Below are positions 40,538-49,200 of a stretch of 64,000 bases of DNA, piece by piece; the stretch's first letter is position 1; every line of letters begins with the position of its first letter. Below the pieces are notes generated by a model. That model worked only from the letters and a program-made list of their open reading frames with translations. It ran no database searches and was not told the origin of the DNA. This stretch comes from Bdellovibrionota bacterium (GTDB taxonomy: Bacteria; Bdellovibrionota_G; JALEGL01; DATDPG01). The stretch lies in assembly GCA_963668355.1 (NCBI GenBank), contig OY764265.1, forward strand, positions 2,016,001 to 2,080,000. The letters are read 5' to 3'. The translations under genes were made by a program, and so were the position numbers.

Positions 40538-42616
40538 TTAAGGAACCACCTCAACGGAATCATTTTCTTCCGGTTGAACGCTTTTTAGAACCGGGATTTT
40601 TAAGGTGTCTCCAGCTTTTAACTCATGAGCCAGCTTCGTGGGATTCTCTTTCTTCATCAGCCACTGAGGTATCTGAAATTTCCGAGAAATTGACCACACG
40701 GTATCTCCTCGCCGGATTCGATAGGTCTCCATCTCTTCAACCTCAAAGACACTGAAAAACTCAGCTTGAAGAGCTCGATGGTAATCGGATCGCTTGGTTT
40801 CAAAATCCTTCTTTTGACTCTCATTTTCGATGGGCAAAAAGATTTTTTGTCCTGGGCGGATGGGTTTTCCATATCGAAGGCCATTCAGTCGCCGAAGTGT
40901 CGTTGCAAAACCCAAATCCAACCAATCGGAATAATGTCCAAGGGTTTCTTCGTATTCCACCCGTACCCAATAGCGATCACCCTCTTTCTCTACGGAAAAT
41001 TCTTCTGCTTCGAATTCCATTGTTTCGAGGCCTTGTTTTTGGGGAGGCATGGAAGGACCAAATACTTCTTTTGGAGGGATGGTTTTCAGGGGCTTGATGG
41101 GTATAGGTGTGCTGGAAATCTGTGTTTTGTTTGGTCGTTCGGAGTTTGAATTTTTGGAGGGAGTGGCCTTTTTTTCGGAAACAGAAGCGGTGTGGCGAGA
41201 AGCCTTGGCCCCTTTTCGAGGAGGAATGCGTAGTTTTTGTCCGACACGAATCAATCCTCGTCGCCCAATGCCATTTAAGGCCATGAGTTTTGAGCAGCTC
41301 ACCCGAAAGGTTCGGGCAATTCCGCATGGAAAGTCTCCCCTTTGGACCCGATATTCTACACTTTCCAACCATGGATCATCTTCTTTTGGGGAGGATTCGA
41401 TTTGGGCAAGCAACTGCTTGGAGTTGGTCCCGTGCGGTATGTGAATATGATGCCCTTTGGGAATTAGGAAGCCTTCATGCCAAACCCATCGCGTTAGCGC
41501 CGGGTTCAAGTGCTTGAGTTTGGACTTCGTTGTCTTGAGAAGCGTCTGCAGACGAAAAGCGGATATCGACTTGGGCAATTGGATCGTTTGGAATTGGGGC
41601 GGGGTTTGAAGCAATACCTCCGGAAAGAACGTTGATGCATTTGTTGCAACGTGACGTGCGGCAAGAAAGCTGACATAGAAGTTTCGCACAGCCGTTCGAA
41701 ATCGACGTCCTTCATACTCATGAATGACGCGAACAAAGTCAGGTCCGAAACGTTTCAGAGCTTTTCTCATTCCGAGGATCCCATAGTTGTAGGAAGTGAT
41801 GACAAAAGGGCCTAAAGAATCATCTTTGGAGGAGAACGTGGACGGCTTGGGAACTTTTCCAAGTGTTTTATACGCATTGGTTAAATAGTTGATGGCCCCT
41901 CGTGTGGCTTGGTATGGATCTAGTCTTTCATCGGAATGAATGCCGATTTTTAAGCCCAACCGTTTGGCGGTTCGGGGCATGATTTGCCATAGACCTGCGG
42001 CCCCTACGCGAGAATAGGCCTGAGGATTAAACGCAGACTCCACAAAGGGCAAGTATTGAATTTCCGGGGAGAGATTTTCTTTTTCGAGTTCTTTTTCAAT
42101 GAAATCTCTAAAGATCCCGAAACGAGAAAGTCCCCTGGCAAAACGATCTCGATTTCCCTGTTGGCAACGCACTCGTTCAGAGGCTTCCCGCAAATCGTCT
42201 CCGCTGGGTTCATCAAAAAATGATAAAACACGGACTTCCTCTTTGGAAAAGGATGAAGTTCCATTCTCCACTTTTTGGGCCAGGTCCTTCAAAAGCACCT
42301 TCCACTTGGACCGTTCCCGGCGGACGCGCCTTCGGTCGCCCCGTCTTCTTCCGCTGCATTGAACGTCGTCTACGATTCCATAAACTCGTTGTGGCAGTTC
42401 GCTGTCATGAAAAATGGCTTGATCGTTTCGATATTTGGAAAAGACATCAACCCAAAATTGAATTCTCGGACGAAGCTCGGAAAAACAAGGAAACTCTTTT
42501 GTGCATTTTAAATCCGGACGTTTTTCAAGATTATGCGAAAAACCGGGAGTCCAAGGCGAGAGAAAAAAAATAAACAGAATGAAAGGTAGAAATTTCAAGA
42601 ATCTGATTATACACAA
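40538..42616 (-). CDS. MltD-like lytic transglycosylase with LysM domains
   Basis: VESAFNPQAYSRVGAAGLWQIM, SYNYG, and LysM repeats YRVQRGD and YRIRRGD. Confidence 0.9.
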   Translation of the reverse strand: MCIIRFLKFLPFILFIFFLSPWTPGFSHNLEKRPDLKCTKEFPCFSELRPRIQFWVDVFSKYRNDQAIFHDSELPQRVYGIVDDVQCSGRRRGDRRRVRRERSKWKVLLKDLAQKVENGTSSFSKEEVRVLSFFDEPSGDDLREASERVRCQQGNRDRFARGLSRFGIFRDFIEKELEKENLSPEIQYLPFVESAFNPQAYSRVGAAGLWQIMPRTAKRLGLKIGIHSDERLDPYQATRGAINYLTNAYKTLGKVPKPSTFSSKDDSLGPFVITSYNYGILGMRKALKRFGPDFVRVIHEYEGRRFRTAVRNFYVSFLAARHVATNASTFFPEVLLQTPPQFQTIQLPKSISAFRLQTLLKTTKSKLKHLNPALTRWVWHEGFLIPKGHHIHIPHGTNSKQLLAQIESSPKEDDPWLESVEYRVQRGDFPCGIARTFRVSCSKLMALNGIGRRGLIRVGQKLRIPPRKGAKASRHTASVSEKKATPSKNSNSERPNKTQISSTPIPIKPLKTIPPKEVFGPSMPPQKQGLETMEFEAEEFSVEKEGDRYWVRVEYEETLGHYSDWLDLGFATTLRRLNGLRYGKPIRPGQKIFLPIENESQKKDFETKRSDYHRALQAEFFSVFEVEEMETYRIRRGDTVWSISRKFQIPQWLMKKENPTKLAHELKAGDTLKIPVLKSVQPEENDSVEVVP

Positions 42617-45004
42617 CTAACGGCTGGGTAAAATCGCCAATCCATTGTCCATCGCAATCCAAAGGCGATTGAATGTGTCCAGCTCCAAATCCACGACTCG
42701 GTTGGAGGGTAGTCCTAGATCGTTACGTAAATCGGATAATTGTAACGTGTTACCCGAGAGACTGGCATGAAAGAGTCCATCACTTCTTCCTAACCAAGCG
42801 TTCCCATTTCGATCGGAAATCATTTTGATGGAAATGGAATCTCCTGAGAAGGTCTCATAGTGGGTTCTCGATAGCGTATGATCCGGAGCAACTTGAATAT
42901 GTGTAAGTGCAACACGACTCGCCATCCAGAAGCCACCTGCATTATCTGGGCATAAGGCATCCACGAGGTCCATTCGAATCGTGTCATGGAACAGGACATT
43001 GCCACTTCCCGCATGTGTAATGAGTTGAACGCCTGAAGTGCTCCCTACGATGATTTTTCCAGGTTCGATCATGAGAAGACTTTGGATTCCGTCCGAAAAG
43101 AGACCGTCTTCAGTAAAATAGTTCTCAAATTCGTAATTCCCTCTATGGTTCTGCGTCACATGGGACAGTCCTGTAATAGTTCCGACCCAAAGTCCCCCGA
43201 ATCCATCCGGTTCAACGGAGGTTACTAAGAGATTGGGAAGACTTCCCGTATCCAGGGGAACGAGAGATATGGCTCCCTCGGGATACTCCTCTTGGTTTCG
43301 GGGCCAGATTCTTCGGGATTTCGTGCCATTTTCATCCCAAGAGTGCCGAACCAATCCACGAGACGTCCCTAGCCAGAGTTCGTTCGGAGAAGGGCTATAG
43401 CTTGCACGGACTTCGAGGTCTAAATTCTCTAAAACATTTTCGATCGTCCAATCCAAATCGCTCTCGGAATTCCAGCGCAGCCATCCAATATCTCCGTTTT
43501 TTCGGATGATCCACATCCCTTCTTCTCCTCGAGAGGAAAGCTGAGCGAGGCGGTCGAAATCGAAATCCATGTCTCGAAAATTTTTGGCTCCATACCGATT
43601 TTCTTCTTTTAAAAAGGAAAGTTTCGTCAATCCCGGTCCCGTTGGGTCTGTTGTCGTCCAAAGCGTCTGATTTTGTTCGGGTTGAATGGAACGAAAATGG
43701 ACAGTCATGTCGTTAAACACCGGAGTGAAAATGAGGCCAGCGCTACCTGGAATGTGATCGAAGTAACCCACTTGGTTTCCAGCCGTCGCCCATAAAGTCT
43801 GATGCTCATCGAAGTGAATCTCGTAGAGGGGGCCTTGTCCACCTTCGGCGATCCAATTGGGAATGAGATTCTCAGGGTTTCTCTCGTGACTCAAAGGAAA
43901 ATGGAAAATTTCGTGATCGGTGCTTCCCCAGAGATCTCCGTTCTCGTCAAAGGTCAAGCTTCTAAAAGAGATAGGGGAGAGCGTGAAGCTTTGTGGAGCA
44001 TTTAAGTGTGTTGGAAACAGGAAAAGCGTTTGAAGGGTGTTGATCCACACGCCCACTCCCGGTTCTACTGCGAGCGCTCGCACGCCAAACTCGAACGGAG
44101 TGAATTCGATGGAAAATGTTTGGTTTGACTCCAACTTAATATGCCTCAAGCCGTCTTCACTTCCGATCCAAGCACCTCCGGAACGATCGTCATCAATGGC
44201 CGTAGGTAGAACCATTGAATTGGAGAAATTTGGAAGGTGGTCAAAGGTTTGGACAAAAAATTGCTCGGGTTCGAGTTGTTGAATCAGTGCGGGACCATTC
44301 GATGTCCCGATCCAGATATGGTCGTCGTCCGCTACGAAAATCTCCGTAACCATATTGCTCGGGAGACCGTTGCTTACACTAAAATGCTTCAGATGTTCGG
44401 GAATGGGTTCCCGTTCATCGGAAAGAGGATAGATGAAAACTCCGTACGATCCTCCCGTGAGGAGGTGTTTGGAGGTGGTTCTTGCCAGGAGGGGGTGGTC
44501 CCATGTGTTGATGAACGTGATGAGGACTTCCTGGATATCATTGATTCCAATGCCCCCTCTTTGATATCTGGGTCCATTCGTGAAAATGGAAAGGTGATCT
44601 CCTTGATGAGCGGGAGAGATGGGTAGAACAAAAGATCCATCATCCTGGGGAGACGTGCAAAAGCGTACATCTCCTTGAGGGTCTTTGGTGAGGTTGATGG
44701 CACAAACTTCATTGACACCGTCTCTTACGGAGACCGCGCCTTCCCAGCCGGTTACAACGGCCTTGGACGTCGCCAAATCAACCACCTGAGCGACGATTAA
44801 ATTGGGATTGGCTCCTGGAGCAAAGAGTGTGGGTTCCAAATCGCCCAAGGTGGAACTCTCATCTGAGGTCGCTTCATTTAAGGTTGCAAGGTCGTCTCGG
44901 CCGGTTTCTGACTGGAGATTGTTTTGAGGGCATCCAAGGAGAACCAGCGGCAGAGAAAAAATAGCAAACCAGCGAAATATATGTGGAACAGGCGTCGACA
45001 CCAT
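42617..45004 (-). CDS. Lipoprotein with two-component-regulator-type beta-propeller repeats
   Basis: Lipobox LLGC and repeated GLPSN..V...WIGT..GL motifs. No kinase domain. Confidence 0.75.
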   Translation of the reverse strand: MVSTPVPHIFRWFAIFSLPLVLLGCPQNNLQSETGRDDLATLNEATSDESSTLGDLEPTLFAPGANPNLIVAQVVDLATSKAVVTGWEGAVSVRDGVNEVCAINLTKDPQGDVRFCTSPQDDGSFVLPISPAHQGDHLSIFTNGPRYQRGGIGINDIQEVLITFINTWDHPLLARTTSKHLLTGGSYGVFIYPLSDEREPIPEHLKHFSVSNGLPSNMVTEIFVADDDHIWIGTSNGPALIQQLEPEQFFVQTFDHLPNFSNSMVLPTAIDDDRSGGAWIGSEDGLRHIKLESNQTFSIEFTPFEFGVRALAVEPGVGVWINTLQTLFLFPTHLNAPQSFTLSPISFRSLTFDENGDLWGSTDHEIFHFPLSHERNPENLIPNWIAEGGQGPLYEIHFDEHQTLWATAGNQVGYFDHIPGSAGLIFTPVFNDMTVHFRSIQPEQNQTLWTTTDPTGPGLTKLSFLKEENRYGAKNFRDMDFDFDRLAQLSSRGEEGMWIIRKNGDIGWLRWNSESDLDWTIENVLENLDLEVRASYSPSPNELWLGTSRGLVRHSWDENGTKSRRIWPRNQEEYPEGAISLVPLDTGSLPNLLVTSVEPDGFGGLWVGTITGLSHVTQNHRGNYEFENYFTEDGLFSDGIQSLLMIEPGKIIVGSTSGVQLITHAGSGNVLFHDTIRMDLVDALCPDNAGGFWMASRVALTHIQVAPDHTLSRTHYETFSGDSISIKMISDRNGNAWLGRSDGLFHASLSGNTLQLSDLRNDLGLPSNRVVDLELDTFNRLWIAMDNGLAILPSR

Positions 45005-45015
45005 GAACGGCAAAG

Positions 45016-45032
45016 TGCAAAGACTTGGCCAA
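45016..45032 (-). promoter_or_regulatory. Sigma54 promoter
   Basis: Minus strand reads TTGGCCAAGTCTTTGCA (GG-N10-GC), with an AT-rich upstream region. Confidence 0.65.
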
Positions 45033-45087
45033 AAAACCGCATTTCGTTAAAAGAAAAATACAAACAAATACAAATGCTTAAGTGCTT

Positions 45088-45453
45088 TTATTTGCTGGTT
45101 TTTTGAGAGTGGGCGGAACCCGAAAACAGAAGTTCCTCATGCTGGAGAACTTTGGTTTCTGCATGGATTTGACCCTGAATTTTTCGACTATGCCTCAAAA
45201 TGACCTGAAAAACCTCTTGAAGCAGGTCGGAGTTGAGTCCAAATGATTCTCCCAATTCCTGCCATTTCAAAAACAGGGTTTGCTCCCTTTCCACATCTTC
45301 AATCGATTTTTTTTGGGCTCGTTTTTGTTCTCCCATCTTTTGAATCAATTGAAATCGGACGGATAGAAGACGAAGCAGATCTTCATCACATGTGTCGATG
45401 AGATTTCGCAAATCCCTTTGGCTTTTGGATGTGGAGCTCAAAGGTCTATCCAC
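45088..45453 (-). CDS. Chorismate mutase type II (AroQ-like)
   Basis: LRNLIDTCDEDLLRLLSVR..GEQKR..IEDVERE..FQVILRHSR. Confidence 0.8.
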   Translation of the reverse strand: MDRPLSSTSKSQRDLRNLIDTCDEDLLRLLSVRFQLIQKMGEQKRAQKKSIEDVEREQTLFLKWQELGESFGLNSDLLQEVFQVILRHSRKIQGQIHAETKVLQHEELLFSGSAHSQKTSK

Positions 45454-45456
45454 ACT

Positions 45457-48309
45457 TTATTCGCAGACGGGAGGACATTCCGTGTCAGCTTTAAACTTAA
45501 TAATGTCCTTTCCCCCTCCTCCGGAACTGGAGCTGGAACTGGAACTACTGGAGCTAGAGCTACTGGAACTGGAGCTGCTGGAGCTGGAGCTGCTAGAGCT
45601 AGAACTGGAGCTACTGGAAGAGGTTGTGCAAGATCTGCAAGTGCCGCCGGTCACTTCTCCGCATGCATCTTCACCCAGTCGGTCATAGGCGATTACGCAG
45701 AAGGGTGAAAGGCCTTCCGAATCATAGTCCGAGGGTCGAAACATATGAGGAACATCTGTGACAAACGTTGCTTGATCATAAGTGCCTCGAGGATGTTTGC
45801 TCCATGTTATCGCTCGGAGAGGCGTGCGGGGGTATACCGTAACGTCTGAGAGTGCAGGATTTTTTTGGTCGGGGGTCACTTCTGCATAGAGTTCTTCAGA
45901 GAAACCTGAATAACCCACCTCTTCAAAAATCAAGGCAGAAAATCCGTTGGGATAGGTCGAATTGGGGGCTCCGACGGCTGTGGTGAGGAGCTTGGGAACA
46001 TTGGATCCCGTATCAAAATAATCAAATCCGGTTTGCATTTGCATATTGAAACTGGAAAGAGGCGCATCCCCTGAAATGTCGGAAGCCGACAGATTATAAT
46101 CGGTGGCAAATTTCATGTCTCCCGTGTCTGGATCATAGTAAAAAATATTCGTTAAATTTTTGGCATAATCCGTACTTTGGGGGAGGGGCGTCCCATCTTG
46201 GATTCGATTGAGAACGCCAAGATAGGAATGTTTGTAGATATGATGTCCTCCAGCCATGATATTGCCGCTGCGGTCGACGTCGATGCCTTTGCATTGCCAC
46301 TCATGCCAGAACAACCCCAAAGGATTTTCGCCGCCAGGGATGAAGGCGTTTCCAGCTCCGGCGGTTGCCGCAAATTTTTGGATGCCCACCTCACCATCGT
46401 GGTCAATGCCTCGTCCGTTGGTTAAGCAATAGCTGAAATAAGAATCGTTGGAATATTGTGGATCCCATGGAGGGCCAAAACGATCTGTGGTTCGAACTTT
46501 GGGTCCGGATCCAAGAGCGGAAATCACGACATCTTGCATGGAAGCGCCCGCGGGATTGCTTTCCCAACTGCTTCCGGATACGTCAAAACTGGTGAGCGCG
46601 ACAGGTGTTACGAAATTGCCACTGTCCGGGTTTCCGTTTGCGTCTCGGGAGAGATCTGTAGCGTAGACCCAAACCGGATCTGTTCCGCTAGGCTTTGTGT
46701 AAGAAGCCACCAGGATTCGTGTTTCGGTGCTGTAGTTGGTGAGGTGAGACGTATCTTGGACAACTGCCAAGGTTGTGGTGTCCCATAAATCAATCGATGG
46801 AAACAATGTGGTCAAATCGGTAAAAACGAGACTTTGATCCGAATCAAATTTTCCAGTTGATGCATTGACAGGGTAAAAAGCCAAGGTGGGTTTAGGATTT
46901 CCCGAACCATCTTGTCGATATCCTCCGATGACAATTCCTTCATACCCATCGCCAGTGGACGTTGGAATGGAGCGAACGATTGTGGGAAGAAAGTTCTCTG
47001 TGGAGTCGCTGGTGGAAATGGAATCGCCAATTTTGTTTCCAGTCTCAGGATCGTAAATGTCGATTTTTCCGGTGGAAGCTCCAAAGGTGTTTTCAAAGTC
47101 CACCAACGGAACCAGCGCTTGGGAAGTATCATCTTTGAAATATACATAGGCAGGTTGCCCCGCAGCTTCTTCGCCTAGCGGGATGGGGACGATGACATCA
47201 TTTTTGGAAGGTGAATACGAATTTCCGTCTGGAGTTAGATCCGCAGAAAATCGAACTTCGTTTCCCTTGGATGTGATTTGAGCGATGATGGCCGTAGGAA
47301 TGACGTCGGGTAGGGTGCTGAAAAGGTTCCCAGAGGTGTCCCGAAATTGAAAATTGAGGCTGTCAATGGGGGACAAGACTTGATCTTCTCCATCCACGGT
47401 TCGAACCAAGTAATTAAGCTCTTCGGCGTTCCCACTTTCTGCAAGGTTCATGGCCTGGTAGGTGATGACGTTGACCTTCCAAGCCAGCGTTCGGCCTGCC
47501 TCCAAAGATCTTCCGTAGAGAATTTGGTTTGAAATGATTCCGGGCTTGGTTTCGGAGTACTCCTCGGCCAGTGGAAGCGGAGCTAATGTCAGTTCAATGG
47601 CAGGAGGTCCTTCCTCAGGGGCGGGATGTCCTCCCGGAAGTTCTCCATCAAAATAAGTAATGTCTTTGACCTCAGCGACCAAATATCCTTGATCCATAAT
47701 GAGAAGCCGATCCCCAATTTGGGGAGCTTTTTCAAAGGGAACGGGTTGGATTTTAAGGTTTGCGGACCCATTCAAAAGATTTTCTGGCAAAACCCGTTCA
47801 ATGACTTGATAGGCTTGCCGTTGTTCCGAATCTGGAACCACCAGCGAGATGGATTCTGCCACTGTAGGGGGGACACACCCTTCCAGACATGTTTCTTTTT
47901 CACCTTTGGTGAGTTTCTCATTACTGGTACAGGTTTGTTCACAGATCGTGTCCGGCTCGGAGGTCGGAGGGTACGAGTATAAAGGAATATATTTTGTGGA
48001 GTTGAAGCCTTCCACAACAGGAAACGGATACATTCGTCCAATGTCTTCTTGGATTTGGGTAATGGCTTTTTGAATATTCCGTTCGACTTTTTGCTTTCTC
48101 ATGTTTCCGGTTTGGTTTTCGACGTTGGAAACCAGAGCTTGGTAAGAAAAGGAACCGACCAGCCCCACAAAAACCAAACTGACCATGAGTTCAGTCATCG
48201 AAAAGGCAGAAGAATGGGCGGATAAAGCGTTTACTTTTTTTGACACAAACAAAGTCCTTATGGAAAAGGGTTTTTTAAAGATTTTCTCATGAATTGGGTT
48301 TATTCGCAT
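45457..48309 (-). CDS. Giant (950 aa) PilW-like prepilin with large C-terminal beta-rich domain and poly-Ser linker
   Basis: SA|FSMTELMVSLV prepilin motif with E5 and IQEDIGR. About 33 consecutive Ser near the C-terminus. Confidence 0.75.
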   Translation of the reverse strand: MRINPIHEKIFKKPFSIRTLFVSKKVNALSAHSSAFSMTELMVSLVFVGLVGSFSYQALVSNVENQTGNMRKQKVERNIQKAITQIQEDIGRMYPFPVVEGFNSTKYIPLYSYPPTSEPDTICEQTCTSNEKLTKGEKETCLEGCVPPTVAESISLVVPDSEQRQAYQVIERVLPENLLNGSANLKIQPVPFEKAPQIGDRLLIMDQGYLVAEVKDITYFDGELPGGHPAPEEGPPAIELTLAPLPLAEEYSETKPGIISNQILYGRSLEAGRTLAWKVNVITYQAMNLAESGNAEELNYLVRTVDGEDQVLSPIDSLNFQFRDTSGNLFSTLPDVIPTAIIAQITSKGNEVRFSADLTPDGNSYSPSKNDVIVPIPLGEEAAGQPAYVYFKDDTSQALVPLVDFENTFGASTGKIDIYDPETGNKIGDSISTSDSTENFLPTIVRSIPTSTGDGYEGIVIGGYRQDGSGNPKPTLAFYPVNASTGKFDSDQSLVFTDLTTLFPSIDLWDTTTLAVVQDTSHLTNYSTETRILVASYTKPSGTDPVWVYATDLSRDANGNPDSGNFVTPVALTSFDVSGSSWESNPAGASMQDVVISALGSGPKVRTTDRFGPPWDPQYSNDSYFSYCLTNGRGIDHDGEVGIQKFAATAGAGNAFIPGGENPLGLFWHEWQCKGIDVDRSGNIMAGGHHIYKHSYLGVLNRIQDGTPLPQSTDYAKNLTNIFYYDPDTGDMKFATDYNLSASDISGDAPLSSFNMQMQTGFDYFDTGSNVPKLLTTAVGAPNSTYPNGFSALIFEEVGYSGFSEELYAEVTPDQKNPALSDVTVYPRTPLRAITWSKHPRGTYDQATFVTDVPHMFRPSDYDSEGLSPFCVIAYDRLGEDACGEVTGGTCRSCTTSSSSSSSSSSSSSSSSSSSSSSSSSSSSSSSSSGGGGKDIIKFKADTECPPVCE
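45523..45621 (-). repeat. Poly-serine coding repeat (TCY/AGY codons, 99 nt)
   Basis: Degenerate TCCAGT/TCCAGC/TCTAGC units encoding 33 Ser. Confidence 0.9.
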
Positions 48310-48371
48310 GATAATTCCCTTTCATCAAAGGCTTTACGGAAGGCAGAATTTCCGCTACGACTTTTAACGTC

Positions 48372-49001
48372 GTGATAATTCCCAGAAAAATGGATTCGGA
48401 GCATGGGTCGGCGATGGTCTTGGTGTTGACGATGATCATCATTCTTTCTCTCATCGGTGTGTGGAACCTCACGAGTTCCACGACAAGCATGAGAATTGCC
48501 GGACACTATTCGAAATCCGCTCAGGTGGAACAAAGAGCAGAAACAGCTATTCGCTTGGCCGCTCAGCGACTGAGAGAAATCGCTGTGGACTCTTTGACGG
48601 ATTCTTTGTATTCGCGAGGCGTGTATTCGGGAACGGAGCACTCTTTGACGTGGCTCCTTGAGTCGATTCAGCCTGAAAGCAGCTGTGCGTCCGAAGATCT
48701 CGTTTGTCCGACCACATTTGATCCCGAACAAGAGTTTGATTCCATCAACTGCTCCCTCATCTGCAATTTTATGGGCTCGGTTGTGGAGGAACAAGTCATT
48801 CTTTCTCGAAAGGAAGACTTGATCAAGGGTGCCAGCAAGAGTGCGGTGTTTCTTCTGTCTTCGGTTTCCAAAGATGCCGTGGGTCGAAGGAAAGTGCGAT
48901 ACGGGGTGATGACGATTCCCTATGCGGGAAGCCTGGGAAGTTGGGAGATCCCTGCGGGGCAACAGCCCAGTTTGGCCACTGCCGTGAATTCCAATTTCTA
49001 A
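48372..49001 (+). CDS. PilX-like minor pilin (orientation opposite to neighbours)
   Basis: HG|SAMVLVLTMIIILSLIG..SMRIAGHY..AETAI is a classic PilX N-terminus. Start is GTG 48372 or ATG 48390; neither has an SD. Confidence 0.75.
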   Translation: MIIPRKMDSEHGSAMVLVLTMIIILSLIGVWNLTSSTTSMRIAGHYSKSAQVEQRAETAIRLAAQRLREIAVDSLTDSLYSRGVYSGTEHSLTWLLESIQPESSCASEDLVCPTTFDPEQEFDSINCSLICNFMGSVVEEQVILSRKEDLIKGASKSAVFLLSSVSKDAVGRRKVRYGVMTIPYAGSLGSWEIPAGQQPSLATAVNSNF

Positions 49002-49051
49002 TCCCGTTTGTTTGCAAAAAGACACCATGAGTCAAAGCCGACCGGAATGGA

Positions 49052-49068
49052 TGCATTCCTTGTGCCAG
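49052..49068 (-). promoter_or_regulatory. Sigma54 promoter pointing into the 3' end of the pilX-like gene
   Basis: Minus strand reads CTGGCACAAGGAATGCA, with an AT-rich upstream region at 49070-49200. Confidence 0.7.
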
Positions 49069-49200
49069 AATAATACAAAAGTTACATCTATAAAAATCAT
49101 GTATTTCAGACAGTTACGAATCAAAGTAATGTAAAAATGAAAAAGCGTAAACATTAGTTTCGAAAAATCGAAACTGCAGTTTCCGGTTTTTCGTTCAGCT

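Noticed and set aside
45392..45708. Plus-strand ORFs with (LE)n or (GT/GA)n repeats
   Set aside because: Antisense readings of the poly-Ser tract.
48300..49028. 242-aa minus-strand ORF spanning from the sigma54 promoter to the giant pilin start
   Set aside because: It is the codon-aligned antisense shadow of a clear PilX-like gene, with R/H/S-rich non-protein-like composition. Not called as a CDS, although its position is noted in a finding.
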